A stretch of DNA of 64,000 nucleotides, from assembly GCA_965243345.1 (NCBI GenBank), contig CBDEUR010000003.1, positions 3,987,607 through 4,051,606 on the forward strand, given 5' to 3'. The notes under the pieces were generated by a model. The model did not search any database. It worked only from the letters and a program-made list of their open reading frames with translations, and was not told the DNA's origin. A program made the position numbers and the translations under genes. The stretch is from Thalassobaculaceae bacterium. GTDB lineage: Bacteria > Pseudomonadota > Alphaproteobacteria > Thalassobaculales > Thalassobaculaceae. This document shows positions 30,285 through 40,508 of the stretch, piece by piece. Position 1 is the first letter of the stretch. Each line of letters opens with the position of its first letter.

Positions 30285-31595
30285 TCAGCAGGCGACGGGG
30301 GTTACGTTGTTCTCCTCCGCGAACTTCATCGCGTCGGCTTCCATCATCGGGCGAACCAGGTCGGTCATGACCGGGATCCAGTCGCTGATGACGTTCCACT
30401 CGTTCTTCATGGCGTCCCACTGCTGGAACAGCACCGGGTGCCCGCCCTCGTGGTCGTTGCACGACACCTTCATGTCCGGGAACCCGGCCAGTCCGATGCG
30501 TTCCCAGTCGGCCTGGGTCATGTTGGTGTTCTCCAGTGCCCAGCGCATCTGCTCGCCGTTCGGGACCTTGACACCGAAGTGATCCTGGGCCTTGCGGATC
30601 GCCTCGACCACCATGATGTGGTTGAACAGGCCGCGGATGTAGAGCACCTCGCCTGTCCTGTCGGCGTCACCTGCGCCGAGACCGGCGTCATAGACGTGCT
30701 TCTGGATGTCGCCATGCAGCTTGGTTCCGCCGCCCGGAGTGTGGAACGTGGCCGAGAGATAGCCGTTCGCACCTTCCGCGGACGGAAGCACGTCGTTCTC
30801 CGAACCCGACCACCAGTTGCCGATGAACCGGTCCATCGGATAGCCCTGGGCCGCCGCTTCCTTGATCGCGACCTGGTTCATCACGCCCCAGCCGGACATG
30901 AAGATCCAGTCGGGCTTCAGCCGGCGGATCTGCAGCCAGGTTGCCTTCTGTTCCTGGCCCGGATGGTCAACCGCGAGCAGGGTCAGTTCGAACCCGTACT
31001 TCTCGGCGAGTGCCTCGAGCGTCGGGTTGGCTTCCTTGCCATAGGCCGAGTTGTGATAGATGTGGGCGATCTTCTTGCCCTTCAGGGCATCCATGCCGCC
31101 TTCCTTGTCGCCGATGAAGCTGACAACGGCGGTCGCCTGCGACCAGTAGGTCGCCGGGAAGTTGAAGACCCACGGGAAAATCGATCCGACCGCGGCCGAG
31201 GTGCGGCCGTAGCCCATGGTCAGCAACGGAATGCCGTCGGCTGCCGTCTTGGGGATCAGCTGGTAGGTAATGCCCGTCGAGTTCGGAATGATGACGACCG
31301 GGTTCTTGGCCTTGAGCTTCTCGTAGCACTCGACCCCGACCTTGGTGTTGTAGCCGGTCTCGCATTCCTCGTAGACCAGCTTGACGCCGTTGACGCCACC
31401 GTCGCGCTCGTTGATCAGTGTGACATAGTCCTTGAAGCCATTGGCGAACGGGATGCCGTTCGGCGCATAGGCGCCGGTGCGGTAGACAAGACCCGGCAAG
31501 AAGATCTCGTCTGCCGCGATGGCCACCTCCGCGGCCACCATGCCGGCAAGGCCGGCCGTTGTGACGGCGGCCACTGCAAGATTCCTGAATTTCAT
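30285..31595 (-). CDS. ABC transporter substrate-binding protein (Leu/Ile/Val-binding family fold)
   Basis: I chose the start at MKFRNLAVAAVTTAGLAGMVAA (signal peptide) with GGAGGAGGGA upstream. Type-1 periplasmic binding protein features. Confidence 0.85.
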   Translation of the reverse strand: MKFRNLAVAAVTTAGLAGMVAAEVAIAADEIFLPGLVYRTGAYAPNGIPFANGFKDYVTLINERDGGVNGVKLVYEECETGYNTKVGVECYEKLKAKNPVVIIPNSTGITYQLIPKTAADGIPLLTMGYGRTSAAVGSIFPWVFNFPATYWSQATAVVSFIGDKEGGMDALKGKKIAHIYHNSAYGKEANPTLEALAEKYGFELTLLAVDHPGQEQKATWLQIRRLKPDWIFMSGWGVMNQVAIKEAAAQGYPMDRFIGNWWSGSENDVLPSAEGANGYLSATFHTPGGGTKLHGDIQKHVYDAGLGAGDADRTGEVLYIRGLFNHIMVVEAIRKAQDHFGVKVPNGEQMRWALENTNMTQADWERIGLAGFPDMKVSCNDHEGGHPVLFQQWDAMKNEWNVISDWIPVMTDLVRPMMEADAMKFAEENNVTPVAC

Positions 31596-31827
31596 GGTCT
31601 CCCTCCTCCTTCCATCAGGATTTCGGCCCGGGACGGGTCCCGGTGGACACCCGGACAGGAGCGGTGTTGGTCCGCGGGGTTGCGGCCGGTCACTGTGACT
31701 GGTGACATTGCGGCCCCCTGTGCCGGTTGGGCGTACCCGTTCCGGGTACCTGGTTGGACGACGCCGGGGCCACGGGGCTTCCCGCAGGGTCTTCCGGCAT
31801 CGCCGCGACGTCCGTTGTTTCTCCACG

Positions 31828-32904
31828 CTAGTGCGGGAACGGCCACATGCGCAGCTTCTCCTTGATGATCTGCCACAGCCGCGCCATTCCGTGCGGCTCG
31901 ACGATCAGGAAGAAGATGATCAAGCCGCCGAACAACATAAACTCAAAATGTTTCGCGGTCACGGCCTGCAGGCCCAGCCCGCCGACCATGACGTTGGTCA
32001 GCAGGATCGGTGTGAGCACGATGAAGGCGGCCCCGAGGAACGAGCCCAGCATGCTGCCCAGCCCGCCGATGATGATCATGAACAGGACCTGGAACGACAC
32101 GTTGATGTCGAAGGCCTCGGCGGTCTCGACGCTGCCCAGCCACAGCGACAGCGCCATGGCTCCGGCCACGCCGACGTAGAAGGAACTGACCGAGAACGCC
32201 AGCAGCTTGGTCTGGAACGGCCTGAACCCGATCAGTTCCGCGGCGATATCCATGTCGCGGATCGCCATCCATGACCTGCCGATCGGACCGCGCACGAGGT
32301 TCTTGGCCGCCATCGCGAGGATGGCGACGAACACGAGACAGAACACGTAGCGATGCATGGCGTCGGCCTCGGCACCCGTGATGGTGATGCCGAACACGTC
32401 GCGCGGAGGCATGGTGATGGTGCCCGACGGGGTGTAGTTCTGGAACCATGCCACCTTGTTGAACAGCCAGCTCAGGAAGAACTGGGCTGCGAGCGTGGCG
32501 ACTGCGAGATAGAACCCCTTGATGCGCAGCGAGGGCACGCCGAACAACAGGCCGACGAGGGCGGTGATCACGCCCGACAGCAGCAGGACGATGATGAAGT
32601 CGAGCTCCGGGAACCCGGTGGTGAGCTTGTAGCAGGCGACCGCTCCCACCGCCATGAACCCGCCGGTGCCCAGCGACAGCTGGCCGCAGTAGCCGGTGAG
32701 GATGTTGAGCCCGATCGCCGCCAGCGAGAAGATCATCACCGGGATCAGGATCGCCTGGAAGAAGTACTCGTTGCCGAATGCCGGGAACACCACCAGGGCA
32801 ACCAGCAGCATCAGGGCGACACCCCACTGGTCCTGGCGGAGCGGAAAGATGGCCTGGTCGGCAGCGTAGCTTGCCTTGAACTGGCCTGCTTCACGATAGA
32901 ACAT
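31828..32904 (-). CDS. branched-chain-type ABC transporter permease (LivM-like)
   Basis: 358 aa, polytopic, with the GQLSLG motif. Confidence 0.85.
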   Translation of the reverse strand: MFYREAGQFKASYAADQAIFPLRQDQWGVALMLLVALVVFPAFGNEYFFQAILIPVMIFSLAAIGLNILTGYCGQLSLGTGGFMAVGAVACYKLTTGFPELDFIIVLLLSGVITALVGLLFGVPSLRIKGFYLAVATLAAQFFLSWLFNKVAWFQNYTPSGTITMPPRDVFGITITGAEADAMHRYVFCLVFVAILAMAAKNLVRGPIGRSWMAIRDMDIAAELIGFRPFQTKLLAFSVSSFYVGVAGAMALSLWLGSVETAEAFDINVSFQVLFMIIIGGLGSMLGSFLGAAFIVLTPILLTNVMVGGLGLQAVTAKHFEFMLFGGLIIFFLIVEPHGMARLWQIIKEKLRMWPFPH

Positions 32905-32907
32905 GCG

Positions 32908-33879
32908 TCAGACCCTCTCGATAATCTTCTCGCCGAACAGGCCCTGTGGCCGGAACAGCAGGAACACCAGCGCCACCACGTAGGCAAACCAGTTCTCGAT
33001 CGCGCCGTTGACCAGCGGCCCCCAGTACACCTCCGCCACCTTCTCGCCGACACCGATGATCAGGCCGCCGACGATGGCGCCGGGGACCGAGGTGAACCCG
33101 CCGAGGATCAGCACCGGCAGCGCCTTCAGCGCGATCAGCGACAGGCTGAACTGCACGCCCGACTTCGAACCCCACATGATTCCGGCGACCAGTGCCACCA
33201 GGCCGGCAACGGACCAGACGATGATCCAGATGTTCTTCAGCGGGATGCCCACCGAGAGCGCCGCCTGGTGGTCGTCGGCAACCGCGCGCAGGGCCCGGCC
33301 GGTCCGGGTCCACTGGAAGAACAGGGCAAGCACCACGACAAGGACGGTGGCGACCGCCGCCGCGACCAGGTCGAAGACCTGGATCTGGATGTCGCCCAGC
33401 ATGAAGAAGCCGGTGGGAATGCCGACGTCCAGCGCCTTGACTTCGCTTCCCCAGATCGTGTCGCCGAGGCCCTCGAGAACGAAGGCCAGCCCGATGGTCG
33501 ACATGAACATGATGATCTGGTCCTGGTTGACCAGCGGGCGCAGCATGATCCGCTCGACCGCGATGGCCAGCAGCACCATCACCAGCAGGGTCAGCACGAT
33601 GGCGACCCACGCCGGCAGTTCCGGCAACGCCTTGTCGAGACTGAACGGCACGGTTCCGGTCATCAGCCCGACCAGGGTGAGGGCGGCGAACAGCGCAAAG
33701 ACACCCTGTGCGAAGTTGAACACCCCGGACGCCTTGAAGATCAGCACGAAACCAAGGGCGACCAGCGAGTACATCACGCCGGACATCAGACCGCCGAACA
33801 CCACCTCCATGAAGAAGGCCGGGTACTCGGCCATGTCGAGGATCGGTCGGAACACGACCAGGTCGATGAATTCCATCAT
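32908..33879 (-). CDS. branched-chain-type ABC transporter permease (LivH-like)
   Basis: 323 aa, polytopic. Begins with YSLVALGFVLIFKASGVFNFAQG. Confidence 0.85.
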   Translation of the reverse strand: MMEFIDLVVFRPILDMAEYPAFFMEVVFGGLMSGVMYSLVALGFVLIFKASGVFNFAQGVFALFAALTLVGLMTGTVPFSLDKALPELPAWVAIVLTLLVMVLLAIAVERIMLRPLVNQDQIIMFMSTIGLAFVLEGLGDTIWGSEVKALDVGIPTGFFMLGDIQIQVFDLVAAAVATVLVVVLALFFQWTRTGRALRAVADDHQAALSVGIPLKNIWIIVWSVAGLVALVAGIMWGSKSGVQFSLSLIALKALPVLILGGFTSVPGAIVGGLIIGVGEKVAEVYWGPLVNGAIENWFAYVVALVFLLFRPQGLFGEKIIERV

Positions 33880-33916
33880 GGTGTTGTCTCTTTCCCCGTC
33901 CGCCCTGCCGGCGTGT

Positions 33917-34723
33917 TCAGTGCGACACGCCGAGGTAGGCGTCGATCACGTTCTGGTCGCTCTTGACCTCGTCCGGTGTTCCGTCGGCGATCTTCTCGCC
34001 GTGGTCCAGCACCACCACCCGGTCCGACAGGTCCATGACCACGCCCATGTCATGCTCGATCAGGGCGATGGTGGTTCCGAACTCGTCGTTGACGTCGAGA
34101 ACGAACCGGCACATGTCCTGCTTTTCCTCGAGGTTCATGCCGGCCATCGGCTCGTCGAGCAGCAGCAGGTCTGGTTCGGCCGCGAGCGCCCGGCCGAGCT
34201 CGACACGCTTCTGCAGCCCGTAGGGCAGCCGTCCGACCGGGACCTTGCGGATCGCCTCGATCTCCAGGAAGTCGATGACGCGTTCCACGTGCTCGCGGTT
34301 GGCGATTTCCTCGCGCTGGGTCGGTCCGTAATAGATCATCGCGGGCACCAGGCTGGTCCACCAGTTCTTCATCTTCAGGTTCCGGCCGGTCATGATGTTG
34401 TCCAGCGTCGTCATGCCCTTGAACAGCGCGACGTTCTGGAAGGTCCGGGCAATGCCGCCGGCCGCCGCCTCGTGCGGCCGCATCTGCCTTCGCACCGCCC
34501 CGCGGAACAGGATCTGTCCCTGCTGCGGGTGGTAGAATCCGTTGATGACGTTGAGCATCGAGGTCTTGCCGGCCCCGTTCGGGCCGATGATGGCGCGGAT
34601 CTCGCCCTTCAGGATGTCGAAGCTCACGTCGCGGATGGCGCGGACCGCGCCGAACGACAGGGTGATGTTCTCGACCGACAGGATGACCTCCGGGTCGCCC
34701 CCGGTCCGTTCAGCGGCGCTCAT
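33917..34723 (-). CDS. branched-chain-type ABC transporter ATP-binding protein (LivG-like)
   Basis: Walker A GPNGAGKTS, LPYGLQKRVELGRAL, LLLLDEP. I chose the start at MSAAERTG; the ORF stays open to 34816. Confidence 0.85.
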   Translation of the reverse strand: MSAAERTGGDPEVILSVENITLSFGAVRAIRDVSFDILKGEIRAIIGPNGAGKTSMLNVINGFYHPQQGQILFRGAVRRQMRPHEAAAGGIARTFQNVALFKGMTTLDNIMTGRNLKMKNWWTSLVPAMIYYGPTQREEIANREHVERVIDFLEIEAIRKVPVGRLPYGLQKRVELGRALAAEPDLLLLDEPMAGMNLEEKQDMCRFVLDVNDEFGTTIALIEHDMGVVMDLSDRVVVLDHGEKIADGTPDEVKSDQNVIDAYLGVSH

Positions 34724-34763
34724 CGCGGCGTTCTCCTCCCTGGACTTGCCGGACGCGGCCCGG

Positions 34764-36713
34764 TCACGACGATCCGGCAGGCGCGGTGGCCACGTTGCGG
34801 ATCTTGACGTCGGCATTGAACTCGCCCACCCGGCCGTCCTCGAAGGTCACCCGCGCGCTGACCTGGATGTGGTCGCGGTTGGAGTAGAGCGCCTCGATCA
34901 GATCGTTGTAGCGGTCGCCGATGATCCGGCGCCTCAGCTTGCGGGTCCGGGTCAGCTCGCCGTCGTCGGCGTCAAGCTCCTTGTGCAGGATCAGGAAGCG
35001 CCGGATCTGCGACGACGCCAGGGTGCTGTCGCGGGCGAGGTCCCGGTTGACCTCCTCGATGTTGCCCTGGATCAGGTCGTAGACCTGGTCCTGCTGCGAG
35101 AGATCCGTGTAGCCGGAGTAACCGAGACCTTCCCGCTCGGCGAAGTTGCCGACCGCTTCCAGGTCGATGTTGATGAAGGCGGTGGCGTAGTCACGGCCGG
35201 TCCCGTGGGCGACGGCCTCGCGGATGAAGGGATAGAACTTCAGCTTGTTCTCGATGTACTGCGGCGCGAACACGGTACCGTCGGTCATGGTGCCCACGTC
35301 CTTGGCCCGGTCGATGATCTTGACGTGACCGCTGTCGGTGAGGATCCCGGCATCACCGGTGTGGACCCAGCCGTCGGCGTCCAGTGTTTCCGAGGTGGCC
35401 TCGTCGTTCCGGTAGTAGCCGAGGAAATTCCCCGGGCTGCGGTAGAGCAGCTCGCCCGCCTCGGTGATCCTGACCTCGACTTCCGGCGCGGGCGGTCCGA
35501 CCGTATCGAGCCGGGCGTCGCCATTGCGTTGCAGGCAGACGTAGGCGCAGCTCTCGGTCTGGCCGTACAGCTGCTTCAGGTTGACCCCGATCGAGCGGTA
35601 GAACGAGAACACTTCCTCCCCGAGCGGGGCACCGCCGGTGTAGGCGATCGAGGTGCGCGAAAACCCCAGCGTGTTCTTCAGCGGGCCGTAGATGCAGAAC
35701 TCGTAGAACCGGTACATGAGCCGGTCGCCGAGACCCACTGCCTCCCCGTTCAGGATTGGCTCCCCGACCCGGCGCGCCAGCGCGATTGCCCGGTTGTACA
35801 GCGCCTGCTTGATCCTCGCCGCGTCCGCGATCCGGATGCCGATCTGGGTCAGGAAGTTCTCGAATATTGCCGGCGGGGCGATGAACAGCGTCGGCCCGAT
35901 ATCGCGCAGGTCGGCGACCAGGGTGTCGGGGCTTTCCGGGCAGTTCACGGTAAACCCGGTCACGTGGTGCTGGGCGTGCGAGATGAAATGGTCACCGACC
36001 CAGGCCAGCGGCAGGTAGGCCAGCACCTCCTCGTCCTGGCCGAGGCCCTCGAGGTCGCGGGCGAGCCGCGCCGACCGGCACAGCGCGTCGTAGGAGAGCA
36101 TGACCCCCTTCGGATTGCCGGTGGTCCCGGAGGTGTAGACGATGATCGCCAGGTCGGACCCGGTTCCGAGCGCGACCTGCTCGTCGAAGAAGCCGGGGTT
36201 GGCGCGGTCGAATTCGCGACCCGCCTCGCGCAACGCGTCGATCGAGTGGATGTCCGGCTGCTCGTAGCGGCGCATGCCCTTGTGTTCCTCGTAGACCAGG
36301 TGCTCGATCTGCGGAACCCGGTCGCGCATGGTCTCGATCTTGTCGATCTGCTCCTGGTCCTGGCATACGGCAAACCGGACGCCGGCATGGTCAAGGACAT
36401 AGGTCATCTCCTCGGCAACGCTGTCGGCATACAGCGGGACCGGGATGCCGCCGACCGACTGGATGGCGTCGAAGGAGATGTACATCAGCGTCGTGTTCTG
36501 GCCGATCAGCGCGACCTTGTCGCCGCGCTTCATTCCGAGCGAGGCCAGTCCCAGCCCGATCTCCCGGGCGATATCGGCGGCCTCCTGCCAGGTGTGTGTC
36601 TGCCAGATCCCCAGGTACTTTTGCCGGTAGGCCGGCCGGGATCCCCGGGTCCGGGCATTGTCGAGCAGGAGCTTGGGAAAGGTGTCGGCCTGGCCGTGCC
36701 GGGGCTCGTTCAT
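34764..36713 (-). CDS. AMP-dependent acyl-CoA ligase (long-chain-fatty-acid-CoA-ligase-like), first gene of the Liv-type operon
   Basis: YTSGTTGNPKG AMP-binding motif and GWVHTGD. Start at MNEPRHG (36713); an alternative is 36728. The ORF stays open to 37082. Confidence 0.85.
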   Translation of the reverse strand: MNEPRHGQADTFPKLLLDNARTRGSRPAYRQKYLGIWQTHTWQEAADIAREIGLGLASLGMKRGDKVALIGQNTTLMYISFDAIQSVGGIPVPLYADSVAEEMTYVLDHAGVRFAVCQDQEQIDKIETMRDRVPQIEHLVYEEHKGMRRYEQPDIHSIDALREAGREFDRANPGFFDEQVALGTGSDLAIIVYTSGTTGNPKGVMLSYDALCRSARLARDLEGLGQDEEVLAYLPLAWVGDHFISHAQHHVTGFTVNCPESPDTLVADLRDIGPTLFIAPPAIFENFLTQIGIRIADAARIKQALYNRAIALARRVGEPILNGEAVGLGDRLMYRFYEFCIYGPLKNTLGFSRTSIAYTGGAPLGEEVFSFYRSIGVNLKQLYGQTESCAYVCLQRNGDARLDTVGPPAPEVEVRITEAGELLYRSPGNFLGYYRNDEATSETLDADGWVHTGDAGILTDSGHVKIIDRAKDVGTMTDGTVFAPQYIENKLKFYPFIREAVAHGTGRDYATAFINIDLEAVGNFAEREGLGYSGYTDLSQQDQVYDLIQGNIEEVNRDLARDSTLASSQIRRFLILHKELDADDGELTRTRKLRRRIIGDRYNDLIEALYSNRDHIQVSARVTFEDGRVGEFNADVKIRNVATAPAGSS

Positions 36714-36868
36714 GCGTCCGCCTCGCATCAGTGCCACGGACCCGGACGGCGGTCCCGGTCCGTCTAGCGCGGTTTGATGCGCGACTATAGTTAACCGACC
36801 GCAGCAAGAAAGAACTTTTTGCAGCGGGGATCGCGATTTTTCGTGCCCGGAGGCCGGGGGTCGACCCC

Positions 36869-36925
36869 TCAGCCGCGTTCGAACACGTGCGACGCTGTCC
36901 GGTTGACCTCGAATGAACCACCGGT
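36869..36925 (-). pseudogene. relic of the 3' end of an enolase-superfamily gene (paralogue of 37825..39006)
   Basis: It translates to ...GGSFEVNRTASHVFERG*, compared with ...DWEFIEANRTALHVFENG* at the end of the intact gene. About 80% nt identity over ~45 nt, counted by hand. Confidence 0.55.
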
Positions 36926-37232
36926 CGCGGGCCTCACCCGGTCCGCGGTCTCCTCCGCGCCGGGAGGGTATCGGGAAGACGCCGCGCGGCCGGTCGCCCG
37001 CACGATACGGTTCCGGGCGCCCCCTTCCCGTTTCGGGCCATGCCGAATATCGCATCGCCGCTCCCACGGTTCGCGTTGCCATGACGCCGACGGTTGCCTA
37101 CCGTGCCCCGGCCATGTCGGCCGGTCCTCGGACTGACCGGGCACGCCACGCCGCGCCCGGGCACAGTGGACGGGCGGCACCCGCACATGTCACCCGCTTC
37201 CGGTCACGATACGGAGCGAAGGAGGAAGACCA

Positions 37233-37757
37233 ATGCCGAATGAGTTCACCGTCGCCAATTTCCGTCACGTTGCCGACGGCCTGCAGGAAGGCCAGTTCGC
37301 CATCGGCGAACGCCGGCGGGTCACGGGCCTGGACGACCTGGACCCCATCTACCGCGAACTGCTTGACCGGCCGATCGTTGTCACCCTGGCCGTGATCGGA
37401 CCCGATGGCCGGCCGGGACTCACGCCGATGTGGTTCGACCACGAAAACGGAAAAATCCTGGTCAACACCGCGTCTCACCGTGCCAAGTGCGGCTGGATCC
37501 GCAAGCATCCGCAGATGACTGTCCTGCTGGTGAATCCCGACAATCCCTATCACTGGGTCAGCATCAAGTGCACCGTGGAGAACGAGTTGCACGAAGATGG
37601 GCCGGAAGGCGCGCGGGTGACGGCGCAACTCAACCGTATCTGGCAAAAATACACGGGTGATTCAGGTGAGTACGGCTTGCGCGACCCGGGGATCACCGAA
37701 CGTCGCGTGCTGTTCGAATGCCGGGTCGACCGGATCGCCACCTTCGGCAAGCCGTAG
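37233..37757 (+). CDS. pyridoxamine 5'-phosphate oxidase-family (PPOX/F420-type split-barrel) protein
   Basis: 174 aa. The pattern TLAVIGPDGRPGLTPMWF...NTASHRAKCGWIRKHPQMTVLL fits the family. AAGGAGGAAG SD. Confidence 0.7.
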   Translation: MPNEFTVANFRHVADGLQEGQFAIGERRRVTGLDDLDPIYRELLDRPIVVTLAVIGPDGRPGLTPMWFDHENGKILVNTASHRAKCGWIRKHPQMTVLLVNPDNPYHWVSIKCTVENELHEDGPEGARVTAQLNRIWQKYTGDSGEYGLRDPGITERRVLFECRVDRIATFGKP

Positions 37758-37824
37758 CCCGGATCGCCGCCGACAGGCCGACCCCAGGTGTGACCGGTGC
37801 CCAGGCCACGCGAGCGGTGGTCCG

Positions 37825-39006
37825 TCAGCCGTTCTCGAACACGTGCAATGCGGTCCGGTTGGCCTCGATGAACTCCCAGTCGTAGGTCACGCCCAGTCCG
37901 GGGCCGTCGGGAACCGGAACGCAGCCGTCGGACCCGACACAGTCGAGCTGGTCGCTGTATCCGCAGGCATACACGGGAGGCACCGCGTTCGGACAGTCCG
38001 GACCCACCAGCGCAACCTCGTAGTAGTTGGTGTTGCGCATGGCCGCCATCACGTGCCGGTGCGCCGGCCCGGAGGCATGCACCTCCACGTCGACCCCGAG
38101 CGCCTCGCCGAGGTGGGCGATCTTCATGGCGCCGGTGATCCCCATGTCGAACTCGGGGTCCGAGCGCAGCAGGTCGGTCCCGCCGGCAACCAGGAAGTCC
38201 GCCTTGGGTTCAAGGCCGCGCACGTGTTCGGTCTGCAGGATCGGGGTGCGGATCATCTCGCGCAGCTTGCGGTGGCCGAAGGCGGAGACACCGGAATCCC
38301 GGTAGGGATCCTCGAGCCAGAAATAGCCCGCGTCATCACACGCCCGCCCGACCCTGAGCGTGTCGGCGAAGGTCCGCAGCTCGCAGGCCGGGTCGATCAT
38401 CAGCGTCATGCGGTCGCCGACGGCGTGCGCCACGTGCAGCAGGTTGTCGACCTCCTCCCCGACGTTGCCGTCGTTCCAGCCGTGGATCTTGAACGCCCGG
38501 TAGCCAAGCTCGTGGCACTGTTCGGCAAATGCCGCGTAGGCCTCCTTGCAGTCGAGCCCGCCGGCCCTGTCGCCGTGGTAGGTGCTGGCGTAGGACGGGA
38601 GCCGCGAACGGTAGCCGCCGAGGAGCACAGAGACCGAACAGCCGTGGCGCCTTCCGGCCCAGTCCCACAGCGCGATGTCGAGCGGACCGTGGCCCATGTG
38701 ATCGAACTGGCGCAGTTCGCGCTTGAGGTCGTCATAGAGGCCCTCCCGGTGCTCGGCATGGCGCCCGAGCAGGTGCGGCGCCAGCATCCGGGACTGGGCG
38801 CATGCGGCCGCCGACCCCACCCAGTGGGTCACGTACTCGCCCCGGCAGCCGTCCTCGGTCTCGATCCGCACCGCGTACTTGCCGATGCGTGTCGTCGCCC
38901 CCTGACGGTAGCTGATGCCGCCGATGCCGCCGGCGCCGTGCGGGCTTCCGAGGTTGCGGGCGTCGAACCCGAACTCGTGGATCTCGACCCGGCAGATCCT
39001 GGTCAT
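37825..39006 (-). CDS. enolase-superfamily enzyme (mandelate racemase/muconate lactonizing family)
   Basis: FKIHGW...MIDPAC...LEDP metal-ligand blocks. The start ATG at 39006 overlaps the upstream amidase stop (ATGA). Confidence 0.8.
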   Translation of the reverse strand: MTRICRVEIHEFGFDARNLGSPHGAGGIGGISYRQGATTRIGKYAVRIETEDGCRGEYVTHWVGSAAACAQSRMLAPHLLGRHAEHREGLYDDLKRELRQFDHMGHGPLDIALWDWAGRRHGCSVSVLLGGYRSRLPSYASTYHGDRAGGLDCKEAYAAFAEQCHELGYRAFKIHGWNDGNVGEEVDNLLHVAHAVGDRMTLMIDPACELRTFADTLRVGRACDDAGYFWLEDPYRDSGVSAFGHRKLREMIRTPILQTEHVRGLEPKADFLVAGGTDLLRSDPEFDMGITGAMKIAHLGEALGVDVEVHASGPAHRHVMAAMRNTNYYEVALVGPDCPNAVPPVYACGYSDQLDCVGSDGCVPVPDGPGLGVTYDWEFIEANRTALHVFENG

Positions 39007-40472
39007 CAGGCGTAGCCCTCCGGAGGAACGAACCCGCCGAGTTCGCGTTCCATCATTCGCGCAAACGCGATGGTCCGCAGGTCGGCGAGGTGCGGGCCGA
39101 TGATCTGCAGGCCGCACGGCAGCCCGGAACGTGTGAGCCCGGCCGGCGCTGCCGTCGCCGGCAGGTACACCACGCCGGGGAACCCGGCCCAGAACAACTG
39201 GTCGACCGTCGGTTCGCTCGACCCGTTGATCGGGATCACCCGGTCGGCGCGTTCTCCCTCGTGGTCATGCGGAAACGCGGCCGAGGCGGCAACCGGGGTG
39301 AGCAGCAGGTCGCACGACTCGAAGAATCCTGCCCATTCGCGGCGTAGCAGCGCACGTTCGTCGTTCCACGCCTGCCACTCCTGGTGGCTCATGGTCACGG
39401 CGCGGTCGACGATGGTCCCGTAGCTCAGGTCGTCCGGGTCGCTGACCTCGGCCCGGGCCCGGTGTTCGGCGATCTGCGACGCCGGCAGCCGGGATCCCGT
39501 GGCCGCGCGCAGCAGCATCAGGTAGACGAGGTGGGCGCGCGCGGGATCCCGGACCGGGCCCGGGGTTTCCCTGATCCGCACCCCGGCCGCGGCCAGCCGG
39601 TCCACTGTGGCCTGCAGCTGGTCGGTGAGTTCGTTGTCCTGGGCGCAGGACGACGCCTCGAGCATGACGCCGACGGTAAAGTCCCCGGGTGCCGAGCGCG
39701 TCTCGGCCGGCAGGTCCAGCGTCCAGCCGGCGTTGTCCGGTGTGTCCGGCCCGGCCATGATCCGGGTCGCGGTCTCGAGATCGTCGGCGCTGCGCGCCAG
39801 GGGTCCGATGACGGAGATGTCGGGCGGAACCGGACTGTTCGGCAACGCATGTCCGGTGAGCGGCAGGATGGCGTAGGTCGGCTTGTGACCGAAGACCCCG
39901 CAGTAGTGCGCCGGGTTGCGGATCGAGGCTCCGATGTCGCTTCCCGCCTCGATGCCGGTCAGGCCCGCCGCGAGTGCCGCCGCGGACCCGCCCGAGGATC
40001 CGCCGGGGGAGAGCGCCGTGTTCCAGGGATTGCCGGTCGTCCCGTAGATCTCGTTGAAGCTCTGCCAGTCCGACAGCATCAGCGGCACGTTGGTCTTTCC
40101 GAACAGGGTGACACCGGCCTCCTTCATCCGCCTGACCGCCAGTGAGTCCTCCGAAGCGATGTTGTCGCGCAGTTCCGGCACGCCCCAGGTCGACGGGGTT
40201 CCGGCGACATCGAAACTCTCCTTGATGGTCATGGGTACGCCGTGCAGCGGTCCCCAGACGTCGCCGCGCGCGAGTGCGGCGTCCGCCTCGCGGGCGCGTT
40301 CGCGCGCCTGCTCGGCCATGAGCACGATGATCGCGTTGAGCGTCGGGTTGTGGCGCTGGACGCGGTCAAGGAAGTGGTCGAGCAGTTCGAGACATCCCAC
40401 CTTGCGAGAGCGCACAAGCTCGGCGAGCGCGGATGCGGAGAGGTAGTGCAGGTCGGTGCCGTCGTTGGTCAT
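39006..40472 (-). CDS. amidase (amidase-signature family), second paralogue
   Basis: 488 aa. GGSSGGSAAALAAG signature. Confidence 0.85.
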   Translation of the reverse strand: MTNDGTDLHYLSASALAELVRSRKVGCLELLDHFLDRVQRHNPTLNAIIVLMAEQARERAREADAALARGDVWGPLHGVPMTIKESFDVAGTPSTWGVPELRDNIASEDSLAVRRMKEAGVTLFGKTNVPLMLSDWQSFNEIYGTTGNPWNTALSPGGSSGGSAAALAAGLTGIEAGSDIGASIRNPAHYCGVFGHKPTYAILPLTGHALPNSPVPPDISVIGPLARSADDLETATRIMAGPDTPDNAGWTLDLPAETRSAPGDFTVGVMLEASSCAQDNELTDQLQATVDRLAAAGVRIRETPGPVRDPARAHLVYLMLLRAATGSRLPASQIAEHRARAEVSDPDDLSYGTIVDRAVTMSHQEWQAWNDERALLRREWAGFFESCDLLLTPVAASAAFPHDHEGERADRVIPINGSSEPTVDQLFWAGFPGVVYLPATAAPAGLTRSGLPCGLQIIGPHLADLRTIAFARMMERELGGFVPPEGYA

Positions 40473-40508
40473 CTGGTTTCTCCCGGGGCGAGGAAGCGGA
40501 AGCCTGCG

